Positions 38,111 to 47,748 of a DNA stretch of 64,000 nucleotides are shown in pieces. Under the pieces are notes generated by a model, which did no database searches, had not been told where the DNA came from, and saw only the letters and a program-made list of their open reading frames with translations. This stretch comes from an uncultured Rhodospirillales bacterium. Lineage in GTDB: Bacteria; Pseudomonadota; Alphaproteobacteria; BOG-932; Roseiterribacteraceae. Each line of letters starts with the position of its first letter. The first letter of the stretch is position 1. The DNA lies in contig CAZVYC010000001.1 of assembly GCA_964631425.1 (NCBI GenBank), positions 14,376 through 78,375 on the forward strand, given 5' to 3'. A program made the position numbers and the translations under genes.

Positions 38111-38839
38111 TCAATGCCGTCCGTAATCGAGCGGCGTGCCCTTGCGCTGCGATAGGATATAGGCTTCGAGCGCCTTCATTTTCGGGTCGTCGTCGGCCAG
38201 CGGCTTGCCGCGGATCGGGTTCTCGATGCACCAGTTGATCATGTCACGCAGCAGGGCGACTCGGCCCAGCTGAACCTGGTATTTGGGATAGGTCTCCGGA
38301 TGCGTGTTCGCGGCATCCGGATGGCACATGTCGCAGGAGATCGCATCCGTGCTGCCGAGCAGACTGGCATCGTGGAAGATGCGCTTGCCCTCCGCGATCA
38401 GCGCGTCCGTCGAATCCTGCCAGATCTTCTTGTCGCGTTCGGTGAAGGCGCCATACGTCTGGACCTGGCGGGGCCCGGCCGCTGCCGGGGCGCCGGGATT
38501 TGGGTTGTTCGTGGTGACGACCGGGTTGTCGGCCGGACCGTTCGACGGCTTGGCGAGCCCCTGCGTCTCGGCCGCCGCGACCACCCAGTCGGCGTCGGGA
38601 TGCTTGCGGCGCCATTCCGCCATCAGCGTATCCGCCGCCCATTGCGCCTGCTCGTGTGTCATCGGCTGGCCCGGCTTGACGCCGGGAACCTCGACGGAGG
38701 TCTCGCCGTCGCACAGGCCGACCACCAGATTGCCGTCGGCGGAGGCGGGCAGGTTGTGGCGCGGCAGATCCTGGTCGGCCAGGGCGACGCCCGACGAACC
38801 GGCGAAGAGCCCAAGCGCGACCCAGTAAGACATCCGCAT
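38111..38839 (-). CDS. Exported c-type cytochrome with SoxA/TsdA-like domain
   Basis: Signal peptide, CDMCH, then YPKY....G.V..LR..INWC...G.PL......ALEAYI. Confidence 0.8.
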   Translation of the reverse strand: MRMSYWVALGLFAGSSGVALADQDLPRHNLPASADGNLVVGLCDGETSVEVPGVKPGQPMTHEQAQWAADTLMAEWRRKHPDADWVVAAAETQGLAKPSNGPADNPVVTTNNPNPGAPAAAGPRQVQTYGAFTERDKKIWQDSTDALIAEGKRIFHDASLLGSTDAISCDMCHPDAANTHPETYPKYQVQLGRVALLRDMINWCIENPIRGKPLADDDPKMKALEAYILSQRKGTPLDYGRH

Positions 38840-38849
38840 GATCGTCTCC

Positions 38850-39344
38850 TCAATAGCTGGCGAGGGTTGTGGCGGCCGGGCGGTCCTGGGCGCCGTTGGA
38901 GCGGAGATAGCTGGCCCTGACCGTCACCGGGTTGCGGTTCCACAGGCTGTAGAGCGTGTCGACCATGCCGCTCGGCGCGACCGAGAACTGCCCGTCGCCG
39001 CAGCCGTCGAAGGCGTTGAACGGGTCCGGCCGGTTCATCTGCACCGTCAGCTTGGGCAGGCCCTCCGGCGCATAAGGCCAGGGCCAGGCGGTCGACAGCA
39101 TGCCGTAGAAGCTGATGTTGCCGATCTGGTTGAACAGCATCTGGTGGGTGTGGCCGTGGATCACCGTCACGTGGTCGAACTTCGACAGGATCGCCTGGAC
39201 CGGCTCGGCATCATCGGTCCAGAAATTCCAGTTGCGGTAGTATTTGTAGAGCGGCGAGTGCGAGAAGACGACGATCGGTGTCTTCCGGTCGACTTTGGCG
39301 AGGTCGTTCTTCAGCCATTCACGGCCCTGCGGTCCCACTTCGAA
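38850..39344 (-). pseudogene. 3' half of a calcineurin-like metallophosphoesterase (N-terminal motifs missing)
   Basis: EWL..DL......PIVVFSHSP and HGHTHQ present; DxH, GD and GNHD motifs absent; begins abruptly at the junction with the peroxidase fragment. Confidence 0.8.
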
Positions 39345-39795
39345 GCATCTCGACCGGATTGAGGATTGGCAGTTTGGCCTGGTCCTCGAGCGTCGCGGCC
39401 CGGCCATCCCAGAATTCGGAGGCGTGGAACATCGCATTCAGCACAGTTGGGCTGTTGCGCTGCCCGTGCTGTCCGCCGACGCCCGCCGAGGTGGCATTGT
39501 CCGCGCGGTGGTCGGTAAAGCCCTTGTCGGGGTCGTGGCAGGTCGCGCAGGCGACGGTGCCGTCCGATGAAAGCCGCTTGTCGTTGAACAGCTTCTGCCC
39601 GAGATCGACCTCGGGCCTGGTCGGCTGCTCGCCCTTCGGCACGCTGATTGCGTAGAGTTCCGCCGATACGCCGAGCGGGAACTGCTGCGGTGCGGCGGAG
39701 GGGGATTGGGCACCATAGGCCGCCCCGCCGAAATGGGCGAGGGCGATCCCGGTTGCCAGAGCAATAACCGAGACTCTGTCGTGAATCTTCCGCAT
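39319..39795 (-). pseudogene. 5' fragment of di-heme cytochrome c peroxidase/MauG family gene
   Basis: LG..LF.D.RLS....VACATCH.P...F.D, RNSPTV.N, FWDGRA..LE.QA..P..NPVEM, then an unrelated tail and early stop; second heme missing. Confidence 0.85.
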
Positions 39796-39866
39796 CGCTA
39801 CTTCCTTGGACGAGCCATCGACGGGTCCTGGGCGATCGCCTTGATGAGCGGCGATCGGTCTTAGAA

Positions 39867-39881
39867 TTAGAATAATTAAAA
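39867..39881. promoter_or_regulatory. Fur-family (Irr/PerR-like) 7-1-7 box candidate
   Basis: TTAGAAT-A-ATTAAAA, an AT-rich island about 70 bp upstream of the peroxidase start. Confidence 0.45.
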
Positions 39882-40089
39882 ACTGCTTCGGCGAAACGTG
39901 CTCGTCAAGCCCCTTTTCAGAATTGCACGAGGCGTCTGATAAACGCTTTATGTTACAGTGTATTGTGGCTCAATATTCGCAGCGTGCAGCAATGGGTGAG
40001 CGGCCCAGACTCAACGCTGAAGGGGGCTTCTGCTATGTCGCGCGGATGAGCCCGATCGTCAGGACATGCTGGGTCATCGGGGGCCTCGG

Positions 40090-40485
40090 TCAGCCGCTCG
40101 CCTGCACCTTCTCGGGCTCGATCTCGTAGATGATGCGGGTCATGCCTGGTTCGCGAAACGGATAGTCCTGGCCCAGATATTTGTGTGACAGCTTGTCAAT
40201 ATGAGCCTCGGCGCCCTCGGTGGTGCCGTGCCTGACATGCCCGCGCACCTGGACGTAGCGGTACGGGTTGTCGGGATCGAGGATGGAGAGCGCGACCGGT
40301 GCGCCTTCCTGCATGTTGCGGGCCTTGACCCGCCCGGCCGCAGTGTTCACACGTAGCACCCCGTCCACATAATCGAACCAAACCGGCGTCACCTGCGGGG
40401 TGCCGTCCGGCATCAGGGTCGCCAGACTTGCAAAGGCTTTCTTTTGCTCGAAAAGATCAAGATATTGCGGGGGGATGGCGATCAT
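40090..40485 (-). CDS. PPOX-class (pyridoxamine 5'-phosphate oxidase-like) putative F420/flavin-binding protein
   Basis: LATL.PDG.PQVTPVWF, NTA.GR.K.RN, D..NPYRY..VRG, HID.L..KY.G..YP. Confidence 0.85.
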   Translation of the reverse strand: MIAIPPQYLDLFEQKKAFASLATLMPDGTPQVTPVWFDYVDGVLRVNTAAGRVKARNMQEGAPVALSILDPDNPYRYVQVRGHVRHGTTEGAEAHIDKLSHKYLGQDYPFREPGMTRIIYEIEPEKVQASG

Positions 40486-40587
40486 GATGCGCTCCGTCAC
40501 ACTTCATCTCTGGGCAGCAGATGGGGATCATGATCGCCAGCCGTAAGGGCGCGGAACAATTTCACGGCGAAAAGGCGGTGGGCAGCG

Positions 40588-42669
40588 GTGAGGCTTAACC
40601 TTCCGGCGGCGATCTTTTCCCTCAATACCTTCGCCGCCGCCATGCTGGCGCTCTTCATCGGCTTTTCGCTCGATTTGCCGAGGCCTTACTGGGCGATGCT
40701 GACGGTTTATATCACGGTTCAGCCGCTCTCCGGCGCGCTGCGTTCCAAGGGGTTCTACCGTGTGATTGGCACCACTCTGGGCGGCATCGCCGCAGTGGCG
40801 CTGGTGCCTAACCTGGTCAACCAGCCGATCGCGCTGTCGCTGGCGCTGGCGCTGTGGGTCGGCTTCTGCCTTTATGTTTCATTGCTCGACCGCACGCCGC
40901 GGTCCTACATCTTCCTTCTGGCCGGCTACACGGCGGCGATCATCGGCTTTCCCAGCGTCAACGCGCCGGGGGCGATCTTCGATACCGCTCTGGCGCGGGT
41001 TGAGGAGATCACGATCGGCATCCTCAGTGCCGGCTTCGTGCATACGATCTTCTTTCCGCGCAGCGTGCTCGCGGCGCTCAACGCCCGCATAGCCGACATG
41101 TTGCACGACGTGAAAAGCTGGCTGGCCGAGGGCTGGGCCCCCGAGGTGCTGAGCGGCGAGCGCGAGGCCGCCGTCGTCCCGGAACGGCGCCGGCTGGCGG
41201 GCGACATCACCGAGCTGCAGATCCTGGCGACACACCTGCCGTTCGATACCGCCAGCCTGGTGCCGTCGCCCCAGGTGATCCGGGCGCTTCAGGACCGGCT
41301 GTCGCTCCTGCTGCCGCTGGGCACCGGGGTCGACGATCGCAGGCGCGCGCTGGTCGAGGCCGGCGGGATGACAACGGAGTTGACCGATCTGTTGAGCCAG
41401 GTCCGGGATTGGGTCGCGCGCGACGCCGCGTGCACGCGGGATGAGGCGATCGCGCTGCAGGACGCATGCCTGGCGGCCGAGCCGGTGCTGGGCCCAGACT
41501 CCGACTGGAACGACCTTCTCAAGGCCAGCATGGTCGGGCGTCTGGCGGAGCTGGTCGACGCGCTCCAGGACGCGCGTGAACTTGCGGCCAATGCCAGGGC
41601 GCCGCAGCATCCGTTGCCGCCGGCAATGGTCGAACGCCTGCGCGGCCAGATCCGCCGGCCGCTGCACAGAGATCCTGAACTCGCGGCACTGGCGGCCTTT
41701 GCGGTTTTCGCGGCGGTCGTCGCAAGCTGCGCCCTGTGGATCGCGACAGCGTGGCCGGAAGGCTCGCTCGCTCCCGTAGGCGCGGCCATCTTCGGTTCGT
41801 TCTTTGCGGCCCAGGACAATCCGGCGCCGCTCATCAAGGGCTTCCTTTACCTGACGATCGTGTCGTTTCCGATCACTGCGCTGTATCAGTTCGCCGTCCT
41901 GCCGGCGATCGACGGCTTCGTGATGCTATCAATGGTGCTGGCGCCGGTGTTCCTGGCGCTGGGTTATTTCCAGGCACAGCCTAAGACGGCCCCATTCGCG
42001 TTGCCGCTGATTTTGGGAATCACAAACCTGCTCGCCGTGCAGGAGGTTTTCGCCGCCGATTTCGCGGTTCTCTCGAATAATTTCCTGGGCCTCGTCATCG
42101 GCACCGCCGCGGCTTTTGTCGGTGCACAGCTTTTTCGTTCGCTCGGCGCCTATTGGAGCGCGCGCCGCATCCTGTATTTCGGCTGGCGCGACCTTGCTGC
42201 CAACGCGACTGCCGCGGCGAACAAGGTACTGGATCGTGGGGTATGGACCAGCCGCATGCTTGACCGGGTCGGCCTCCTCGTTCCACGGCTGGCCCTGGTC
42301 GAGCGGCGTGAAGAACTGGTCGGCGCGGACCCGCTCAACGATCTGCGCATCGGCATCAATGTCACCGACCTGCAGCAGGCGCGGGGCGTGGTCGGGCCGG
42401 TCGCGGATCGCGCGCTCGAGCGGGTGCTGAGGGACGTAGCCCACCATTTCAACAAGCTCTCGGTCGGCCGGGCGACGCCGGTCCCGGCGCGGCTGGTCGT
42501 TGAGATCGATCAGGCGATCGGCGATGTTGCGCGCGCCCGGCCGAGCGAAGAACGGCGCAATTGCCTTTGGTCGCTGACAGGCTTGAGACGCAACCTGTTC
42601 CCGGCAGCACCTGCCTATATCCCGCAAACGGCCGACATCCCGCATGCAGCCGGCGGAGGCCTCGCATGA
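40588..42669 (+). CDS. FUSC family efflux inner-membrane protein
   Basis: F.AAMLAL......L.RPYWAM.TVYI..QP.SG...SK..YR..GT, DRTPRSY.F.LAGYT, WIAT.WP.G. Confidence 0.92.
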   Translation: MRLNLPAAIFSLNTFAAAMLALFIGFSLDLPRPYWAMLTVYITVQPLSGALRSKGFYRVIGTTLGGIAAVALVPNLVNQPIALSLALALWVGFCLYVSLLDRTPRSYIFLLAGYTAAIIGFPSVNAPGAIFDTALARVEEITIGILSAGFVHTIFFPRSVLAALNARIADMLHDVKSWLAEGWAPEVLSGEREAAVVPERRRLAGDITELQILATHLPFDTASLVPSPQVIRALQDRLSLLLPLGTGVDDRRRALVEAGGMTTELTDLLSQVRDWVARDAACTRDEAIALQDACLAAEPVLGPDSDWNDLLKASMVGRLAELVDALQDARELAANARAPQHPLPPAMVERLRGQIRRPLHRDPELAALAAFAVFAAVVASCALWIATAWPEGSLAPVGAAIFGSFFAAQDNPAPLIKGFLYLTIVSFPITALYQFAVLPAIDGFVMLSMVLAPVFLALGYFQAQPKTAPFALPLILGITNLLAVQEVFAADFAVLSNNFLGLVIGTAAAFVGAQLFRSLGAYWSARRILYFGWRDLAANATAAANKVLDRGVWTSRMLDRVGLLVPRLALVERREELVGADPLNDLRIGINVTDLQQARGVVGPVADRALERVLRDVAHHFNKLSVGRATPVPARLVVEIDQAIGDVARARPSEERRNCLWSLTGLRRNLFPAAPAYIPQTADIPHAAGGGLA

Positions 42670-42893
42670 TCGGCGAATTCGACGTAGCCGGTGTCTTCAT
42701 CCCGGCGATCGTGATCTGGGCTCTCGGGGCCGTAGCGATCGGGGCCGTTCTCCGGCGCATCTTCACTGTAACCCGGTTCTATCAGCTGGTCTGGCATCGG
42801 GGGCTGTTCGATCTCGCGCTCTTCTTTATTCTCTGGGGATTCGTCGCCTTCATGGCCAACAATTTCGGACTTGCCGCCTGGATCGATCGATGA
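42666..42893 (+). CDS. DUF1656 (AaeX-like) small membrane protein
   Basis: MIGE.D..GV..P ... Y..VWH..LFD.AL. Confidence 0.88.
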   Translation: MIGEFDVAGVFIPAIVIWALGAVAIGAVLRRIFTVTRFYQLVWHRGLFDLALFFILWGFVAFMANNFGLAAWIDR

Positions 42894-43783
42894 AGAAGTT
42901 CCTGATCGAGCTCGGGCGTACCGCCCTTACCCTGGTCTTCGTCGCCGCCGCTCTCTATGCCGGCTGGTATCTGTGGCAGGTATACGAGGTCGAGCCCTGG
43001 ACCCGCGACGGCCGGGTCCGTGCCGATACCGTCCAGGTCACGCCCGATGTGTCCGGCCTCGTGACGGACGTGCTGATCCACGATAACCAGGTCGTCACGA
43101 AGGGGCAGGTGCTGTTCCTGATCGACCAGCCGCGCTATCAGCTGGCGCTGCAGCAGGCCGAGGCGTCGGTCGAGCATCAGCAGGCGCTGCTCGACGAGGC
43201 GGCGCGCGAGGACAAGCGCAACCACTCGCTGGGCAATTTGGTCTCGGTCGAAGTGCTGCAGCAAGGCGCTACCCGGCTGGCCGAGGCCCAGGCCGCGCTG
43301 TCACAGGCGATCACGGCGCGCGACCTCGCGAAGCTCAATCTCGAGCGCACGACGGTCGTGGCGTTGGTCAACGGTATCCTGGCCAATGTCGAGCTGCAGC
43401 CTGGCGACTATGCCACCGCGGGCCACCCGGTCTTCGCGCTGGTCGACACGGATTCGTTGCATATCGACGGCTACTTCGAGGAGACGAAGCTGCCGCGCAT
43501 CCATGTCGGCGATCAGGTGACGGCACAGTTGATGGGCGAATCGCGCAAGCTCGCCGGACACGTCGTAAGCATTGCGGGCGGCATAGAGGATCGCGAGCGC
43601 GCGCCCAGCGCCAACCTGCTGGCCAACGTCAACCCAACTTTCAGCTGGGTCCGGCTGGCGCAGCGCATTCCAGTGCGGGTCGTGCTTGACCAGCCGCCGC
43701 CGGACATCCGGCTGATCGCTGGCCGTACCGTGACGGTGACTGTGCTCCAGCCGGAGCGCAAGAAGCTCGCCGTCCAGCGATGA
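42890..43783 (+). CDS. HlyD/AaeA-family membrane fusion protein
   Basis: PWTRDGRVRAD, PDVSG, GYFEETKL, NVNPTFSWVRLAQRIPVR. Confidence 0.93.
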   Translation: MKKFLIELGRTALTLVFVAAALYAGWYLWQVYEVEPWTRDGRVRADTVQVTPDVSGLVTDVLIHDNQVVTKGQVLFLIDQPRYQLALQQAEASVEHQQALLDEAAREDKRNHSLGNLVSVEVLQQGATRLAEAQAALSQAITARDLAKLNLERTTVVALVNGILANVELQPGDYATAGHPVFALVDTDSLHIDGYFEETKLPRIHVGDQVTAQLMGESRKLAGHVVSIAGGIEDRERAPSANLLANVNPTFSWVRLAQRIPVRVVLDQPPPDIRLIAGRTVTVTVLQPERKKLAVQR

Positions 43784-45213
43784 AACGATTTCATCACGCG
43801 ATCGCGGCTGCCTTGCTTTTGACGGGCTGCGATCCCGTCGGCCCGGATTATAAGGTGCCGGACGACGCCTTGGTCAATGCGCCGGCGGCGAACGCGCCGC
43901 TGATGGGCTCGGTGGAGCCCTCGGTCTCGACCGAGCCGGCGGCCGATCATTGGTGGCGGCTCTACCGCAACGACCGCCTGGAGGGCCTCGTGCAGCAAGC
44001 GCTGGCCTTCAACACCGACTTGCGCGTCGCCGCGGCCAATATCAGCCGGGCCCAGGCGGCGGTGGCCGCGGCGAAAAACGGCGAGCTGCCCCAGACGGCC
44101 ATCGAGGCCGGCTTCGAATACGCCCAACTGTCGGGCGAGCAGTATCTGCTGCCGGTGCCGGTTCCGTCCCAGGGCCTGTACGATATGGGCATCACGATTT
44201 CGTACCAGATCGACCTGTTCGGCCAGATCCGGCGCGGCATCGAGGCGGCGAAGGCCGACGAGCAGGCGGCGCGCGCAGCCTCCGACGTGGTGCGGATCAC
44301 CATCGCCGCCGATACGGTCCGCGCCTATGTCGCCGCATGTGCTGCCGGGCATGAGCTGGCGGTCGCGCGCCATACGCTCGACCTGCAGCGCCGCAACAAC
44401 GACTTGACGCAGAGGCTGATGCTCGCCGGCCGAGCGACCGCGCTCGACCTCACCCGCTCGCAGGCCCAGGTCGAGCAGTTCCGCGCCAATATCCCGCAAC
44501 TCGTAGCCGAGCAGCGAGTGTCGCTCTACCGGCTCGCAGTGCTGACCGGCGAGCCGCCGGCGAATTTTCCGAAGGATGTCGGCGCTTGCGCGACCGAGCC
44601 GTCGCTCGCTCGGCCGATCCCGGTCGGCGATGGGGCGGCGCTGCTGAGGCGGCGGCCGGATATCCGCGAGGCCGAGCGGGCGCTGGCGTCGGCAACGGCC
44701 CGCATCGGCGTGGCGACCGCCGACCTTTACCCCAAGATCAGCTTCGCCCTGACCGGCGGCTCGATCGGCGCGATCAACGACATCTTCAAGGACGCGACCC
44801 AGACCTATGGCATCGGTCCGCTGATCTCGTGGGACTTCCCGCAGCAGGAGGGCATCCGCGCCCGTATCCATGCGGCGGAGGCCAGTGCCGACGCGGCGTT
44901 GGCCGAGTTCGACGGCAAGGTGCTGGCGGCTTTGCGCGAGGTGGAAAGCGCGCTCACGGTCTACGGGCGCGACCTTGAACGCGAGACGGCGCTCGAGGCT
45001 GCGCGCGAACGCGCGGCGGAGGCTGAACGCCAGTCCGACCTGCTCTACCGCGCCGGCCGTGAGGACGAGTTCCGTACCCTGGATGCCGAGCGCGTGCTGG
45101 CCGGCGCCGACCAGGCCCTGGCCCAGGCCGAAAGCCAGGTCGCGGCCGACCAGGTCAACCTGTTTCTGGCGCTGGGCGGCGGCTGGGAGACTGAGTCGAA
45201 GCCCTCGAGCTAG
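43780..45213 (+). CDS. NodT/TolC-family outer-membrane efflux lipoprotein
   Basis: LLTGC lipobox, WW.LY...L..L...AL..N.DL, LL.RRPD...AE, LF.ALGGGW. Confidence 0.93.
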   Translation: MKRFHHAIAAALLLTGCDPVGPDYKVPDDALVNAPAANAPLMGSVEPSVSTEPAADHWWRLYRNDRLEGLVQQALAFNTDLRVAAANISRAQAAVAAAKNGELPQTAIEAGFEYAQLSGEQYLLPVPVPSQGLYDMGITISYQIDLFGQIRRGIEAAKADEQAARAASDVVRITIAADTVRAYVAACAAGHELAVARHTLDLQRRNNDLTQRLMLAGRATALDLTRSQAQVEQFRANIPQLVAEQRVSLYRLAVLTGEPPANFPKDVGACATEPSLARPIPVGDGAALLRRRPDIREAERALASATARIGVATADLYPKISFALTGGSIGAINDIFKDATQTYGIGPLISWDFPQQEGIRARIHAAEASADAALAEFDGKVLAALREVESALTVYGRDLERETALEAARERAAEAERQSDLLYRAGREDEFRTLDAERVLAGADQALAQAESQVAADQVNLFLALGGGWETESKPSS

Positions 45214-45485
45214 CTGCGCCGCAGGCGCCTGGAATTGGCTTTGGCCCGCCGGTGCCAGGGGCTGACCACGGCCGCCAGATCCGGCACGCCGGCGCGAAAC
45301 AGGGCGCCGGCCGAGGCCTGCGCCGCTTCCGCCTTTTCCCAGACCATCCGCTGATATTCGACCGGGCTGCATTTCCCGCCGAGAATCAGCTCCGTGCGCC
45401 TGAGAATGGTGTCCCATGAATCAAAGGCAAGCTCGGTCATCAGGATGGGCAGGGGAACGGTCGGGCGGTGCGCGCGTCTTTTCAT
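45210..45485 (-). CDS. Small hypothetical protein
   Basis: TI..R......EY.RMV.EK..A...P.H.R..ANSRRL pattern resembles small alphaproteobacterial hypotheticals; stop overlaps the convergent gene. Confidence 0.55.
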   Translation of the reverse strand: MKRRAHRPTVPLPILMTELAFDSWDTILRRTELILGGKCSPVEYQRMVWEKAEAAQASAGALFRAGVPDLAAVVSPWHRRAKANSRRLRRS

Positions 45486-45535
45486 GTAGAAGCAGGACCT
45501 TGGGAAAGTGTGCAGGATAGACAAAGGGCAGGCGG

Positions 45536-46090
45536 TCAGATTGTTCCGCCGCATCGGACGAGGCTGAGCCGCGTGCGGCCGTAATCGCGTGTCTCCAGGA
45601 CCAGGAAACCGGCAGGAATCGCTTCTGGCTGGGATCGCTCAGCCTCGACAACGACCATTGTGTTGTGCGCCAGCCATCCGGCCTCGGCAAGGGCCGGCAG
45701 CGCCGCACCCGCGAGGGCTTGTCCATAGGGCGGATCGAGGAACACCAGGTCCGCAGGCGCGGCGGCGCGGGGCGGATGTGTGAGATCGGCAGCCTCGAAC
45801 CGGCAGCGGTCGTCGAGGCCGAGCGCGGCCGCGTTGCGGCGGCAGAGCGCCAGCGCCGCGCCGTCGTTATCAATGAAAATTGCCTGCGCCGCGCCTCGCG
45901 ACAGCGCTTCCAGCCCCAAGGCGCCGGTGCCGGCGAACCCGTCCAGCACGGTGAGGCCTTCGAACCCGTTCAGCCGGTGGTTCAGGATATTGAACAGGGA
46001 TTCGCGGATGCGATCCGAGGTCGGGCGGATGCGATCGTCGGGTGGCGCCTCGATCCGGCGTCCCCTATGCGTCCCGGCGACGATCCGCAT
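45536..46090 (-). CDS. rsmD: 16S rRNA m2G966 methyltransferase
   Basis: [42 protein letters not shown]. Confidence 0.95.
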   Translation of the reverse strand: MRIVAGTHRGRRIEAPPDDRIRPTSDRIRESLFNILNHRLNGFEGLTVLDGFAGTGALGLEALSRGAAQAIFIDNDGAALALCRRNAAALGLDDRCRFEAADLTHPPRAAAPADLVFLDPPYGQALAGAALPALAEAGWLAHNTMVVVEAERSQPEAIPAGFLVLETRDYGRTRLSLVRCGGTI

Positions 46091-46883
46091 CGCGCTTCTT
46101 CGCCTGCTCGTGGCGCCTGACCCTGGCCGCCTTGGCCTCAGGCTCCAGGAACTCGCCCAGCTGTTCCTTCAGTACTCGGCGCGGCACCTCGTCGACCGTG
46201 CCTTCCAGCATCTTGCCAAGCTGGAAGGGGCCATAGGAGACGCGAATCAGACGGTTGACGGTCAGCCCCAGCGCTTCCAGCACGCGCCGGATTTCGCGGT
46301 TGCGGCCCTCCGTCAGCGCCATTGTGAGCCAGATGTTGCTGCCCTGTTGCCGTTCCATGGTGGCCTCGATCGGGCCGTAGGCGACGCCGTCGACGGTGAT
46401 GCCGCGCTTCAGCCGGTCGAGCGCCGCCTGGTCGACGCGCCCGAACGCGCGCACCCGATAGCGCCGGACCCACCCGGTCGCCGGCAGCTCCAGATGCCGC
46501 GCGAGTTCCCCGTCGTTGGTCAGCAGCAGCAGCCCCTCCGAGGTGAGATCGAGCCTGCCCACCGACACGACGCGAGGCATATCGGGCGGCAGCTTCTCGA
46601 AGATGGTGGCTCGCCCATGCTCATCCCGAGCTGTCGTGACGAGTCCCGCCGGCTTGTAGTATCGCCACAGCCGCGCCGGCTCTGCCTCCGGCAAGGGCTT
46701 GCCGTCGACGACGATGGTATCGCCGGCCTTGACGACGACCGCCGGGCTGTCGAGCACTGTGCCATTGACGGCGACCCGCCCTTCCGCGATCCACCGCTCG
46801 GCATCCCGGCGGGAACACAGGCCGGCGCGCGCCATGCGCTTGGCGATGCGCTCGCCTTTGGGGGGTTCGGACTCGGTTATCAT
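46065..46883 (-). CDS. rluB: rRNA pseudouridine synthase, RsuA/RluB family
   Basis: ERIAK..ARAG.CSRR.AE S4 domain, [25 protein letters not shown]. Confidence 0.88.
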   Translation of the reverse strand: MITESEPPKGERIAKRMARAGLCSRRDAERWIAEGRVAVNGTVLDSPAVVVKAGDTIVVDGKPLPEAEPARLWRYYKPAGLVTTARDEHGRATIFEKLPPDMPRVVSVGRLDLTSEGLLLLTNDGELARHLELPATGWVRRYRVRAFGRVDQAALDRLKRGITVDGVAYGPIEATMERQQGSNIWLTMALTEGRNREIRRVLEALGLTVNRLIRVSYGPFQLGKMLEGTVDEVPRRVLKEQLGEFLEPEAKAARVRRHEQAKKRDADRRRDA

Positions 46884-46967
46884 GGGGAGGAAAGTAGGCG
46901 CCGGCGGATGCGGGGTCCATGGCCCGGGATGTCGGAGGCGGAGCCTGGAACGTCCGACCTCCCGGAG

Positions 46968-47525
46968 TCACAATACGACGTGCGATTGTTTCGGCCTGCA
47001 GTACAGCAGGCTGTCGAGATTGCGTAGTGCCTGCTGCGCGAGCCACTGTGATTTTGGAGCGAACACGCTCAGAAGCCGGTCTACGGCGTGGCCGTCACTT
47101 GATAGCGGCAGCGTCAAGATAAGGTTCTTGACGATTGACCCGTCTCGCGTCGCAAATTCGGCGTAGCCGAGAACGGGCCGGCGGTGCGCGATCGTTGCGC
47201 GAAAACGCTCCAGGGCAGCGGTCAGCACCCCTCCCGACATGGACTCTGTGATATCCCTGCCTGTGAAGTCACGGCCGGCCGCCGAAACATTGGCAGTGCC
47301 CACTAGCCGGATGCGGAATGTCCTGCCGCCCTCGATCACGTCGAGAATCGTGAAAAAAGGCAGAGCGGCGGGGGGCAATTCCGTCGGATCGATATCGCGC
47401 GGCCGGGGCAGCGTCCTCTCCGTGGCCCGCTGACGCCAATATTCAAGAACGGCGGCGAGCTTGCCGTCATTGGAGATTTCCGTCAGGGCGCTTTGTCTGG
47501 CGTCATCGGCCTCGATATCGGTCAA
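46968..47525 (-). CDS. PAS domain protein (PAS_5/DUF1457-like)
   Basis: YW.......LP...DIDP..L...LP, F..RL.GT......G.D.TG, LPLS.DG..V. Confidence 0.8.
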   Translation of the reverse strand: MTDIEADDARQSALTEISNDGKLAAVLEYWRQRATERTLPRPRDIDPTELPPAALPFFTILDVIEGGRTFRIRLVGTANVSAAGRDFTGRDITESMSGGVLTAALERFRATIAHRRPVLGYAEFATRDGSIVKNLILTLPLSSDGHAVDRLLSVFAPKSQWLAQQALRNLDSLLYCRPKQSHVVL

Positions 47526-47748
47526 AGGTTACCTCGTCGAGGACAGGCCGGCGCCCGCCACGCGCCGGGTGCTTGCCCCTGGGTTCGGAGTCGGGTCACC
47601 ATCGGGTGTTGCTCCGAGCTTGTGCAGAGCGCGGATCAAGGCCAGGAGTTCGTCCATAGTTTGTGCTTTAGCGCATCCGTCGCCCACCATCAAACGGCGT
47701 CATCAACGGGCGTAGAGCCGTGGATGAGTTCGCTTTGCCCCTGGCCGG

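Noticed and set aside
39931-39958. dif/Xer-like site (gataa-acgct-ttatgttacag)
   Set aside because: Central spacer is 5 bp rather than 6 and the left arm is a poor match; insufficient support
40090-40485. F420-dependent enzyme as evidence of F420 metabolism
   Set aside because: This fold also binds FMN or heme, and no F420 biosynthesis genes are in the window
43513-45417. 634-aa antisense ORF, and similar long ones (55024-56979, 31443-32825, 52781-54130, 62449-63840)
   Set aside because: Shadow ORFs opposite well-supported genes, expected in high-GC DNA; no recognisable motifs
47529-47657. Possible 42-aa minus-strand ORF (MDELLALIRALHKLG...) upstream of the PAS gene
   Set aside because: No clear RBS or recognisable motif; cannot be supported without homologs or ribosome data
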